A DNA stretch of 64,000 nucleotides, from the IMG/VR virus record IMGVR_UViG_3300027996_003878, one strand, 5' to 3'. A program made the translations under genes and the position numbers. This DNA is from a virus. Taxonomy: Duplodnaviria > Caudoviricetes. This document shows, piece after piece, positions 25,149 to 34,617 of the stretch. The notes beneath the pieces are model-generated. The model did not search any database and was not told the DNA's origin. It saw nothing but the letters and a program-made list of their open reading frames with translations. Position 1 is the stretch's first letter, and each line of letters opens with the position of its first letter.

Positions 25149-25156
25149 AAAACTAC

Positions 25157-25194
25157 AAACTCACGGTTGCTGAATAACTAGCAACCGTGAGTTT
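25157..25194. terminator. 15-bp-stem hairpin, probable terminator or attenuator
   Basis: AAACTCACGGTTGCT-GAATAACT-AGCAACCGTGAGTTT. Confidence 0.8.
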
Positions 25195-25216
25195 TATTTT
25201 TGAACAACTAATGCCT

Positions 25217-25417
25217 CTAGCTAGGCGCTTCAGGGTACATAAAAGATTGATCGTCATATATTACAACGCGATTCTTTTTTGCAACAAATCTATATAAGTT
25301 AGTATTTGTATTATTTTTCTTATCCTCTGATTTTTTATTCAGAGTTTTCTTATTATGAAGCTTATTCATGCACTTAAAAGCTGATAATTTATCAGCCTTT
25401 TCTTTTATCAATAACAT
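25217..25417 (-). CDS. Possible small basic protein (doubtful)
   Basis: K/N-rich 66-aa ORF overlapping the tubulin stop. The true start may be the internal MNKLH. Confidence 0.3.
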   Translation of the reverse strand: MLLIKEKADKLSAFKCMNKLHNKKTLNKKSEDKKNNTNTNLYRFVAKKNRVVIYDDQSFMYPEAPS

Positions 25418-26795
25418 TTCTAGTCAATCGACCAAACGCAGAGCTTTTCTTTGCAATTTTGTCTTTGACTTTTTGAGCCTGTGATACGGTCTTATCAGTT
25501 CCAGCATCAAGGTTTAATGCTAAATTACGAGTCAAATCTTTGTTTTTAATCGCCTCTAGATGGGTAGATACTTCTTTTTTAAGCTCAGTAACTCTTGAGT
25601 CCGGCAAGCTAAGCCCGCTAAAAAATGAATAGACCTTAATTACATCTTCTTCAATTGTATCATCTACATATATGCCTCTGAAGACGCCAAGAGGAGTTTG
25701 AGCTACGTCTTGAACCATTGCCATAGCATAGTTTATCGATGAGCTTGGTATTTTATCCCAAACCTTTTTATTAGCCAAAAACATTGCTCCAATGTATTTT
25801 GTTTGCTTTAGGTCAAAGCCACTGGCCAATAACCCTGACGTCATATTGCTAATGACTGCCTCAGCAATAGCTGTATCTTCTTCGTAATTATCAATTGTCA
25901 TCCAACCATAGAGACTTAACCCTCCACCATCAGTGACAATCTTTGCCCACTCCATGGGATCCAAGGATTTGACATTTGAAGGCTCTGAGGAAAAGGTGTT
26001 AAATACATCTATAGGCTCAACAATGGCCTTATTGCTAACCCGATAAAACTCCATGGGACTAACATCACTAAAGATGGTTTCGATCTTGGCGTTGTCCACA
26101 ACAATTAAGTTGTTTATTCTCGACGTCTGAACCTCTTTTGCCAGCTTAGAAAGCGCCTCTAAAGAGTTTTTCTTCGTCTGAGGATCCTCATTAGTCATTG
26201 GCAAAACCGTAACAACCAATACCGGCCTTCCTGTCGCTGACAGAATGTCAATCATAGTCTCTACAGACCCACTACCGCTGCCGCCACCTAGAGATGTACA
26301 AAGAATAAAGACCTGACAATCTCCAAGCTTATCATTAACAAGCTCATTTATCTTGTCCTTGTGTGTTTCGGCAGCCTCAAAGCCAAGCTGAGGGTCCTTT
26401 GATGCCCCTCCAAGGCCATACTCAAGCAAACATTTGTTTGACTCAGGTAGATTGATGTGAGTTAAATCTTGCTGCGCTGTATTAAATACAATTGCTTCAT
26501 AGCCAAGATCATAAAAACACTCGGCTAGACGTGAGCCTGCCTGCCCAGAGCCAACAATTCCGAAATCAATACTTCTTGTGCGTCTTTCAACAATCCGAGG
26601 GGGCATATCTTCATCCTTTTGCACGGCCTCTTCGCCACTCTTTTGCTGCTTAGCTTCCATCTGCTTTTTTAAAGCTTGAAGCTTTGCCGCGTCTAATTCA
26701 AGCTCATCTTCAGAAACCATAACTACGGCCTCTTGTGAGATGTCATCGACAATATCATTTTGTGTGGCTTGCCCATTTTCAGTTTTAACAGTCAT
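25392..26795 (-). CDS. Tubulin/FtsZ-superfamily GTPase (PhuZ/TubZ/CetZ-like)
   Basis: GIVGSGQAGSRLAE, GGASKDPQLG, signature TSLGGGSGSG, VVVDN, T7-loop-like SLDPMEW. Confidence 0.92.
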   Translation of the reverse strand: MTVKTENGQATQNDIVDDISQEAVVMVSEDELELDAAKLQALKKQMEAKQQKSGEEAVQKDEDMPPRIVERRTRSIDFGIVGSGQAGSRLAECFYDLGYEAIVFNTAQQDLTHINLPESNKCLLEYGLGGASKDPQLGFEAAETHKDKINELVNDKLGDCQVFILCTSLGGGSGSGSVETMIDILSATGRPVLVVTVLPMTNEDPQTKKNSLEALSKLAKEVQTSRINNLIVVDNAKIETIFSDVSPMEFYRVSNKAIVEPIDVFNTFSSEPSNVKSLDPMEWAKIVTDGGGLSLYGWMTIDNYEEDTAIAEAVISNMTSGLLASGFDLKQTKYIGAMFLANKKVWDKIPSSSINYAMAMVQDVAQTPLGVFRGIYVDDTIEEDVIKVYSFFSGLSLPDSRVTELKKEVSTHLEAIKNKDLTRNLALNLDAGTDKTVSQAQKVKDKIAKKSSAFGRLTRNVIDKRKG

Positions 26796-27745
26796 TCATT
26801 TCCTCTTATATACCATTTATTTTTAAGGTACCAATTAATAGAAAAAGCTATAGTTTCTTTATATTTCGCAGATGGTTTCCAGCCAATACTTTTAAGTTTA
26901 TCACTATTAATTGCGTATCGAGATGCTAAATTATTATCACCTATTATTTCCACCAAATCGTATCCCTGATCAACGCAGGTGCAGATTTCATGAAACATTT
27001 CAATATCAGAAAACTCATAACCAGCAGAAACATTAAAGGTTTCATTTTGATTGGCATTCATCATAATTTGGGTTAGTGCGTTGCATAGATCTCCAACGTA
27101 CAGCCACTCTCTTTGAGTCAAGCCATTATCATATATCTTGGTCTTTTTTTTCTCTAGAATATTCTTCAAAACTCCAGGGATAAAGCTATCGGGGAATTGC
27201 CTTGGCCCAAATAAATCACAAGATCTTAAAATATTGTAATTTAGACCAAATTCAGAACATGCAGCCCTAATAAGAACCTCTGCCGCCACCTTACTTGCAG
27301 CAAAAGAATTAATAGGACTTAATTCTGATGCTTCATCGTGACTTTCTCGACACTTATTTCCATAAACCTCATAGTTGCTTAAATAAAAAATACGCTTTAC
27401 CTCTGCCTTCACGCAAGCATTAATAACATTCGACGTGCCAATTATATTAGTGTCTTGAAATGAATTAAACTGACAATTTTTACCATACGCAGGACGCTCT
27501 TCAGCGGCATGAATTACATAATCAGGTTTTTCTAAAGAAAAAACAACATCCAAAAAATGATTATCTAATATATTTCCAATATAAAATGTATGCCCTTTGT
27601 TTGCATAAACATTATGCAGCCCGAAATGTTTTTTCACTTTATCTAAGCTTACAAATACATAATCTAATTTATTATGTAAAGATTTGCGAATAAAGTTACT
27701 CATAACAAAGCCGCATGAGCCAGTAATAAGCACTTTTTTAGTCAT
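26792..27745 (-). CDS. dTDP-glucose 4,6-dehydratase-like SDR with degenerate catalytic motifs
   Basis: ITGSCGFVMSN, SPINSFAASK (FxxxK instead of YxxxK), FGPRQFP, REWLYVGD. Confidence 0.75.
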   Translation of the reverse strand: MTKKVLITGSCGFVMSNFIRKSLHNKLDYVFVSLDKVKKHFGLHNVYANKGHTFYIGNILDNHFLDVVFSLEKPDYVIHAAEERPAYGKNCQFNSFQDTNIIGTSNVINACVKAEVKRIFYLSNYEVYGNKCRESHDEASELSPINSFAASKVAAEVLIRAACSEFGLNYNILRSCDLFGPRQFPDSFIPGVLKNILEKKKTKIYDNGLTQREWLYVGDLCNALTQIMMNANQNETFNVSAGYEFSDIEMFHEICTCVDQGYDLVEIIGDNNLASRYAINSDKLKSIGWKPSAKYKETIAFSINWYLKNKWYIRGNE

Positions 27746-27760
27746 ATTAATTAAATTAAA

Positions 27761-28693
27761 TTATAAATTATCTTGATACCACGTAATTGTTTTTACCAAG
27801 CCAGTCAAAAGGTTTGTATCAGCTTCAAAATTTAACATTTCTTTTGCACGAGAAACATCAAGCCTTCGTTTAGGCTGACCGTCCGAAACTTCTCCTGTAA
27901 ATAAAACCTCACCATCAAATCCGACTAATTTAGCTATTAAGTGCGCAAGCTCTTTAATTGATATTTCTTTTCCTGTACCTAAATTTATTGGTAATTCAGT
28001 ATCTAGGCTTTGATATACAGCAGATACAATTGCCTTAGCCGCATCTTCCGCATAAAAGAACTCTCTCGTCGCAAGTCCGGTCCCCCAACACCTTACGGTG
28101 GACAATCCCTTATCGACAGCATTAACAAATTTATTTATTAATGCAGGAATAACGTGACTATTAACAAGATCAAAATGATCATGCGGGCCAAATAAATTAA
28201 CAGGAATTAAATGAGCGCCAGCAATGCCGTATTGCTCTCTGTAAGTATTGCCAAGCATCATCAGCGTTCTTTTAGCCTGACCATATGGCGCATTTGTGCT
28301 CTCAGGGTACCCATTAAATATATCGTCTTCTTTAAATGGAGTAGGACAATTTAAAGGATAAGAACATACGCTACCAAGCGTGTACACTCTTTTTACGTTA
28401 AACCTTCGAGCAGATTCAAATATATTAATACCCATTAGGGTATTATCTCTTAAAAAGTCTACTGGGCGATTTTTATTTGCCAATATACCACCACATACCG
28501 CAGCCATATGAACGACTACGTCAGGGCATGTTATGTTAAACAAATGATCGCATTCAACACCAGAAACTAAATCAAATTTCGAACCAACACAAGTAATCGT
28601 GTCATTTAATTCTTTATCTTGTATGTGCTTATCAAAGGCAGCTTCAACGTGTTTTCCTAAAAACCCCGTACCTCCTGTAATTAAAATATTCAC
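27761..28693 (-). CDS. fcl: GDP-L-fucose synthase
   Basis: HMAAVCGGILAN, LGSVCSYP, NAPYGQAK, NLFGPHDHFDLVNSHVIPALI, WGTGLATREF, DGQPKR. Confidence 0.93.
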   Translation of the reverse strand: MNILITGGTGFLGKHVEAAFDKHIQDKELNDTITCVGSKFDLVSGVECDHLFNITCPDVVVHMAAVCGGILANKNRPVDFLRDNTLMGINIFESARRFNVKRVYTLGSVCSYPLNCPTPFKEDDIFNGYPESTNAPYGQAKRTLMMLGNTYREQYGIAGAHLIPVNLFGPHDHFDLVNSHVIPALINKFVNAVDKGLSTVRCWGTGLATREFFYAEDAAKAIVSAVYQSLDTELPINLGTGKEISIKELAHLIAKLVGFDGEVLFTGEVSDGQPKRRLDVSRAKEMLNFEADTNLLTGLVKTITWYQDNL

Positions 28694-28712
28694 CGTTGCT
28701 TCCTTTAAATAA

Positions 28713-29699
28713 TTATAAGTTATCTGCTAGTATTTTTTCTTTTTTAGCTAAATTCAAATCAGCTTCAATCATTTCGTCAACTAATTGAGCGAATGAGTAC
28801 TCTGGACTCCACCCAAGTTCAGCTTTTATTTTAGTCGGATCTCCTTGCAAAGCATCAACCTCTGCTGGTCTTAAATACTTAGCATCAAATTTTACATAAT
28901 CTTTCCAATCTAATTCTAACTTAGAAAAGACCAATTCAAGAAACTCTTTGACAGAGTGCATTCCTCCTGTCGCAACAACATAGTCCTTTGGCTCAGAGGC
29001 TGTTAAGATCATGTAGAGCGCCTTAGCAGTATCCTTAGCGTGCCCCCAGTCGCGCTTAGCATCCAAATTGCCAAGCCTCAATTCATCCTGGAGCCCTAGC
29101 TTTATTCTGGTGGCTGCCCTTGTTATCTTTCTTGTTACAAAATTCTCAGCTCGGCGGGGGCTCTCGTGATTGAACGAAATTGCGTTAACCGCAAACATAC
29201 CATATGACTCACGATAATTAATCGTAGACCAATACGCCGCTAACTTGGCACACGCATAAGGGCTTCTTGGGTGGAAGGTTGTATCTTCATTTTGAGGAGG
29301 GGGCGTAGACCCATAAAGCTCGGAAGTGCTGCATTGCAAGAACCTAGTCTCAGGGCTATACTTTCTAACAGCCTCTAGGCACCTGACCACACCCGTGCCA
29401 GTGACGTCCATTGCGTATTCTGGAACATCAAAGCTAACTCTTACATGAGATAAAGCGCCACAATTGAAAAACAAATCTGGCTTTGTATCAGATATAATAT
29501 TAACCAAAGAAGAGTAATCTGTAAGATCGCCATATACCAGATTAAGATTAGGGTGATTATAAATATGGTCAATTCTCTGTGTGTTAAAATTACTACTGCT
29601 TCTCTTTACACCATGAACCTCGTAGCCCTCCTTCAGCAGAAGCTCAGCCAAATAAGAACCCGTTTGACCTGTAATCCCTGTCAAGCATGCTTTTTTCAT
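28713..29699 (-). CDS. gmd: GDP-mannose 4,6-dehydratase
   Basis: TGITGQTGSYLAE, SHVRVSFDVPEY, STSELYG, PRSPYACAK, FNHESPRR, GNLDAKRDWGHA. Confidence 0.97.
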   Translation of the reverse strand: MKKACLTGITGQTGSYLAELLLKEGYEVHGVKRSSSNFNTQRIDHIYNHPNLNLVYGDLTDYSSLVNIISDTKPDLFFNCGALSHVRVSFDVPEYAMDVTGTGVVRCLEAVRKYSPETRFLQCSTSELYGSTPPPQNEDTTFHPRSPYACAKLAAYWSTINYRESYGMFAVNAISFNHESPRRAENFVTRKITRAATRIKLGLQDELRLGNLDAKRDWGHAKDTAKALYMILTASEPKDYVVATGGMHSVKEFLELVFSKLELDWKDYVKFDAKYLRPAEVDALQGDPTKIKAELGWSPEYSFAQLVDEMIEADLNLAKKEKILADNL

Positions 29700-29711
29700 A
29701 AAACCCTCAAA

Positions 29712-30632
29712 TCAAAAATAATAACTAACTACGCGCCTCAAGCCCTCTTCGAAATCAACCTTTTTCTTCCAGCCCAAAAGCTCAAGATTGCGGCTATACA
29801 ATCTTGTTCTATTAAGCTCACGAGGCACTGCTGGCTTATAAATGATTGAACTTACAGAATCCGTAACTTTCAATAATGAATTCGCTATTTCATTAACACT
29901 TACTTCTTCATTTGAAGATACATTATACACCCCTCGACCTTTTTCTATTAACAATTCAAAAGCATCAATCACATCAGAAATATAAACAAAGTCTCGGGTC
30001 TGATTTCCGGTTCCAAAAATAAATAGATCTTTATCATTAAGAATGTTATCTATAAATATAGAAATAACACCTGCCTCTCCTTTAGGAGACTGACGCTCCC
30101 CAAAAATATTAGCTGGCCTTAAAATACTATAATCTAGATTATGCAATTCTGAATATAATTCAATGTACCTCTCCGAGGTCAGCTTTGACAATCCATAAGG
30201 GGAGCGCGGATTCGTCGCTGACTTTTCTATCCAAGGAAGCATCTCGTAAGGGCAATAAATCGCCCCACCGGTTGACGTGTAAATTAGCTTTTTTATGTCA
30301 TATTTAACACAACATTTTAAAACATTTAAAGTGCCTATTATATTTTCATTTGCATCATTAATTGGATTTTTTATAGAGTCTCTAAGATTTATCTGCGCTG
30401 CCAAGTGAAATACATAATAAAATTTATTTTTTTTAAAGACTGAATCTAATTTATTTATTTTTTTAATGTCACAAAGCTCAAAAGATGCATCTGGATGAAT
30501 GTTTTCCCTAAATCCTGTTGATAGGTTATCTATGACAGTTACTCGATAACCAAGATCTATTAATCTATCAACAAGATGACTGCCGACAAAGCCCGCACCC
30601 CCTAAAACCGCAACTTCAAAACCCTTACCCAT
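29712..30632 (-). CDS. NAD-dependent epimerase/dehydratase (UDP-glucose 4-epimerase-like)
   Basis: GGAGFVGSHL, HLAAQ, STGGAIY, SPYGLSK, NIFGERQ, GEAGVI, QTRDFVY. Confidence 0.9.
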   Translation of the reverse strand: MGKGFEVAVLGGAGFVGSHLVDRLIDLGYRVTVIDNLSTGFRENIHPDASFELCDIKKINKLDSVFKKNKFYYVFHLAAQINLRDSIKNPINDANENIIGTLNVLKCCVKYDIKKLIYTSTGGAIYCPYEMLPWIEKSATNPRSPYGLSKLTSERYIELYSELHNLDYSILRPANIFGERQSPKGEAGVISIFIDNILNDKDLFIFGTGNQTRDFVYISDVIDAFELLIEKGRGVYNVSSNEEVSVNEIANSLLKVTDSVSSIIYKPAVPRELNRTRLYSRNLELLGWKKKVDFEEGLRRVVSYYF

Positions 30633-30657
30633 ATATAAAAATTAATTATTGAAATAA

Positions 30658-31353
30658 TTATCTAAAAAACATAGTCAAATCGCTGGATATTAACTCGTCA
30701 TATATTTTTTTCGTATATTTATTTTTAAATTGCTGCCTTTTAATATTATAATCAGAATCTGTTAGTTTTTTACTAAAATATCTTTTATCAATTTCCATAT
30801 TTATAACGTCATCTTTTTTCACCATACTTAAGCAATTATTTAATCGTGGCATGTCAAACGAATTATCATTTGAAAAATAATTTATTAACTTGCGGAACCC
30901 CATACTCGTGGCTCCCTTTTTAAGATCTTCATATTTTACACATAAAAATTGACTATCTTTAATTTTTAAATATTTTTCATAATGATTTTTTAATAAGTTT
31001 ATTTGGGTATCAACTAAATTATCAGTTATTTCCTCAACTTCACAGCTTAATAGGGAATAAATAACATCATCAGGATTTCGATATAAATATACAATATCAC
31101 TATGGCTAACAACAAGATCAGAGTGTATGTCATGATCGTGAAACCACATAAACCCACTCTTTCTTTGACTGTCTTTTAAATAACTAACCGGGCCAACTCT
31201 TAATCTAGGCCTATTAAAGTAAAGCTCTAATACACAATTTAACCAATTACTTCCGCTCCTCGGGTAACTTATAAGCAAAGGAACGCTTTCCATTCTTTCA
31301 TCATAAGATCTTCCGTTTGTCTTAAACATTTCTTTATAATCCACTTTAGTCAT
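30658..31353 (-). CDS. Sulfotransferase
   Basis: 5'-PSB motif ISYPRSGSNW and 3'-PB motif YRNPDDVIYS. Confidence 0.85.
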   Translation of the reverse strand: MTKVDYKEMFKTNGRSYDERMESVPLLISYPRSGSNWLNCVLELYFNRPRLRVGPVSYLKDSQRKSGFMWFHDHDIHSDLVVSHSDIVYLYRNPDDVIYSLLSCEVEEITDNLVDTQINLLKNHYEKYLKIKDSQFLCVKYEDLKKGATSMGFRKLINYFSNDNSFDMPRLNNCLSMVKKDDVINMEIDKRYFSKKLTDSDYNIKRQQFKNKYTKKIYDELISSDLTMFFR

Positions 31354-31361
31354 TTTTATAT

Positions 31362-32291
31362 TTAAAAATCTATATCAAAAGGCCAAATCTCTAAACCATG
31401 AATACTCATACACAAATCATTTGATATGAAAACATTTTTAATATTACTATTTGCCCGCTTCATATCATATAGCGATATCATGCCCGGAGTAGAGCCTCCA
31501 ATAATCCAATCGCCTTTAAGTGCTAGCCCCCTACCAAACGGCTGACGTGAAATATTTTGCGTTAAATGAGTGTTTGTCATATCTTTGGCAGGAATACGCT
31601 TAATACTATAACGCTTTTTAATACTGCCATTTTTTTTATCTGTAATTAAAATCTGATTATTCTTAGTATCATTCATAATAAGAGAATTCTCATTTAAAAA
31701 TCTAGTATTATGTGTACCTTTCGGTATTTGCGAAAAACTAATAATCTTTTGTTTGTCTATTTTAAACAAACGCGGCTGATTTGTTCCCGAAAAGAATATA
31801 CCAGAATCATTAACAAATACATTATTTATATGATGGCGATCACCCGTCGGTATATCAACGCTTTGTAGAGGGTTAAACTCTTTAATTGACTTCAGCCCCC
31901 TTACGGAATAACCTTTTATAAATTTACGAGACAATAAATCAAAACATAAAATTACATCTCTGCCTGTGGAAGATAAATACAATTTATCTTTATGAATATA
32001 TGTTTCATGACAGCTTTCTAAATATTCATTACTGTATGAGGCTCTTCTTTTGAAATCAAAGCTATAAAAAACAATACTACTTGAGGAGGCAACAATTACA
32101 TTGTCTTTATAAATACATATGCCTCTTAGCCCTCTATCAGCCCCTCGGCCACTCCAATTTATTTTCTCATTCCAATCTATGACGCATTTATATTTATTAG
32201 AATTTAAATCAACTAAATATAACCCGCCATGGCTAACTCTTTTCGCGCTACGCACTATGTGGCTTGCTATAATATTTGGATATTTTTTCAT
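31362..32291 (-). CDS. Beta-propeller-like protein (reminiscent of DUF4915)
   Basis: Repeated beta-blades: GGLYLVD, RGLRGI, HHINNV, THN, FGRGLA, IHGL. Lies between two sulfotransferases. Confidence 0.5.
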   Translation of the reverse strand: MKKYPNIIASHIVRSAKRVSHGGLYLVDLNSNKYKCVIDWNEKINWSGRGADRGLRGICIYKDNVIVASSSSIVFYSFDFKRRASYSNEYLESCHETYIHKDKLYLSSTGRDVILCFDLLSRKFIKGYSVRGLKSIKEFNPLQSVDIPTGDRHHINNVFVNDSGIFFSGTNQPRLFKIDKQKIISFSQIPKGTHNTRFLNENSLIMNDTKNNQILITDKKNGSIKKRYSIKRIPAKDMTNTHLTQNISRQPFGRGLALKGDWIIGGSTPGMISLYDMKRANSNIKNVFISNDLCMSIHGLEIWPFDIDF

Positions 32292-33025
32292 TTATTTTTT
32301 ATACTTAAGTATTTATCTTTCAGCTCCCGATCAATCACTTTTACCTCATCACTAGAAAGTAAAGAAAAGCTCTTATTCGAAGGCTTAAGTCTAGCGCTAG
32401 TATTTGCAGAAGCATTGCCATACCTATAATTAGTTTTATTAACTACATAATTACCCTCAGCCTTAAAGGCTTCCGATCTAGAATTTATATAACTTAATAC
32501 CCCTGAACTGCCTGCATCACAAAACTGCTCTAAAGTTAATTTAACAACAGGTTTATTTAAAGATTTAATTTTATTAAAATAGTGATTGTAATCATATATC
32601 AACCTTTCAACAGGCATATAGCTATTTCTATTCATTGATTTTGCCAGCCTTATAAAGCTTTCAAATAAAGCCTTGGGCTCCCTGAATACAGCTACAATTA
32701 TATCTGAATTGTCAATTACATGATTTAAATATTTAAGCATTTTTGGGTCTTGAGGTCTATAAGTCTCCTTAACACCTCCAAATAAAAAACTATCGCTCTC
32801 TACCCTTCTTTTAACCCCACTCATCAAATCATCAATTCCATTAAATTTGAAATGGATTAGCTTATCAAATGTTAATTGACCAGGGTTTGATAGCAAAATC
32901 CAATGAGGCTCTGACAAACAAAAGCCATTTTTCATTGAATTAAATGTATTACAAGCAATAGTTGTTCCTGAATGAGGCAAACCTAAAACAGATATAACTT
33001 TATTTGACTTTAAATTTAGTCTCAT
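32288..33025 (-). CDS. Sulfotransferase-family protein
   Basis: VLGLPHSGTT (5'-PSB), EPH, GVKE, VFREPKALFES. Confidence 0.75.
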   Translation of the reverse strand: MRLNLKSNKVISVLGLPHSGTTIACNTFNSMKNGFCLSEPHWILLSNPGQLTFDKLIHFKFNGIDDLMSGVKRRVESDSFLFGGVKETYRPQDPKMLKYLNHVIDNSDIIVAVFREPKALFESFIRLAKSMNRNSYMPVERLIYDYNHYFNKIKSLNKPVVKLTLEQFCDAGSSGVLSYINSRSEAFKAEGNYVVNKTNYRYGNASANTSARLKPSNKSFSLLSSDEVKVIDRELKDKYLSIKNK

Positions 33026-33570
33026 ATCGACGCCACTAAAATGTCATTCTTAAAAATAGTTTTCTTAAGCTTAGGATCTAGATACCCATGCTCATAATGA
33101 AACTGGTAATTTGGATTTATATCCAAGAGCAACGTTTTGACTTTATCGAGAGAAATATCCCTCCACTCACCGCCCATAAGTCGAACATCATCAACCAAAA
33201 TGGTATGATTTTTATTTGAATGATTTTTAATTAAATTAAGCTCTTGGTACAAGGGAACATCAACCGGACCTCTAGCCGTATCTCCCTCACTCCAATGGCC
33301 GTCTAGCCAAAAAACACAGGGCTCCGTCACCTTACTTAATATTTCTTTTAATTTAACAGCAGAATCGCCAAAGATAGGAAAAACTTTTCGATCATTAGCA
33401 AATCTATTGAGCGCTCTCTTATAAAAATGATCAGCTAACTCAATGGTATAAACCTCACGAAACCCAACAGCAGAGGCCATCGCTGCCGTATTACCAAGGT
33501 GAGTACCAGTCTCAACAAAAATATTCCCTTTACTCTTGTACTTTCTCAATGTTTCCAAATCAATAGGCAT
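33022..33570 (-). CDS. Class I SAM-dependent methyltransferase-like protein
   Basis: FVETGTHLG, YTIEL, GDS, FWLDGH, ILVDDVR. Confidence 0.8.
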   Translation of the reverse strand: MPIDLETLRKYKSKGNIFVETGTHLGNTAAMASAVGFREVYTIELADHFYKRALNRFANDRKVFPIFGDSAVKLKEILSKVTEPCVFWLDGHWSEGDTARGPVDVPLYQELNLIKNHSNKNHTILVDDVRLMGGEWRDISLDKVKTLLLDINPNYQFHYEHGYLDPKLKKTIFKNDILVASI

Positions 33571-33579
33571 AATAAGCTC

Positions 33580-34572
33580 CTAACGTAATCCAACTAATTT
33601 TAGCAATTCGTTTATACGACTTTGATATGTATGCTCAGCGAGCACCTTGTCACTGCCCGACTTTCCAATGAAATTAGCCAAATCGGGGTTTTTAAGTAAA
33701 AACTTTAGCTTGGGTATTATGTCGTTTACAGAATCCACAATACATAAATCACAATCGTTAGTGAAATATGACTCCCACTTTGGAAATGCAAGTGAGATAG
33801 TCGGCCTGCCCGATGCCATACACATCAGCAACCTGTCAGAAAAGTAATGTGAAATTTCATTAAAATGACTTATACTTAACAAGCAAAAGCTCCTACGATA
33901 TTCGTCTCCAACTTTACTCTGAGCAATCGACCCTTTAGATTTAAGTTGTCTAGGCCAATTAGAGCCATATAAAGCAAATCTATTACCAAAAGTAGATTTT
34001 AAAAGCCTGCAAGCTTCTTCTCGCTCTTTTCTACCCGGATAATTTTCTTTTAAATCATTATTACCTACAAAAATTATATCATATTTAAACTGACTGGGAG
34101 TTTCGTTTTCGCTACAATAATATAAATTTGGATCAAATCCAATTTGCCAATAATAAGCTTTCTTACCAATCGCATCCTGAAAAAATTTCAACTGACCAGT
34201 TGAAGATATTAAATTATAATCCGCAACCCTTGCAATTGATTTAAAGCTGGGCGGTACGTAAGATCTTACATCGCCAGTCCAGTTAGTAATTATAGTATTT
34301 GGCAGCTTTGACTTAATTTCACTAATTGTACCCGCATCAATGGTGTTCAAATGCTGAAGCTGTATGTGCATCAAATCGGGCTTAAATCTCAAAGCCTTAT
34401 CAACAAGCATACGTCGTATTTTATGAACTGTATGTCTTTTTTGATAAAGCTCATACAAGTAATCAAAAATTTCTAATTTTACTCCCGCGCCTCTAAACGC
34501 ATCGTAAACGCCCCGTTGAATCACGTCACCAATTCAACCATAGTTAAGGGGCAAATATAAAACCTTAACCAT
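33580..34572 (-). CDS. GT-B glycosyltransferase (CgeB-like) with an in-frame TGA at codon 13
   Basis: AAGGAGGT SD 7 nt before the ATG at 34572. Reads MVKVLYLPLNYG*IGDVIQRG, in frame with ORF 33580..34524. C-terminal YFSDRLLMCMASG and EHTY motifs. Confidence 0.75.
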
Positions 34573-34617
34573 GTTCAGCACCTCCTTTCTCTTGCAATAT
34601 TAATGAAATAATATTAA

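Noticed and set aside
15191-26795. Nucleocytoviricota (giant eukaryotic virus) origin, suggested by the SF2 helicase and sugar genes
   Set aside because: Sigma-70, SD motifs, Rho-independent terminators, DnaB/DnaC and a contractile baseplate indicate a bacteriophage.
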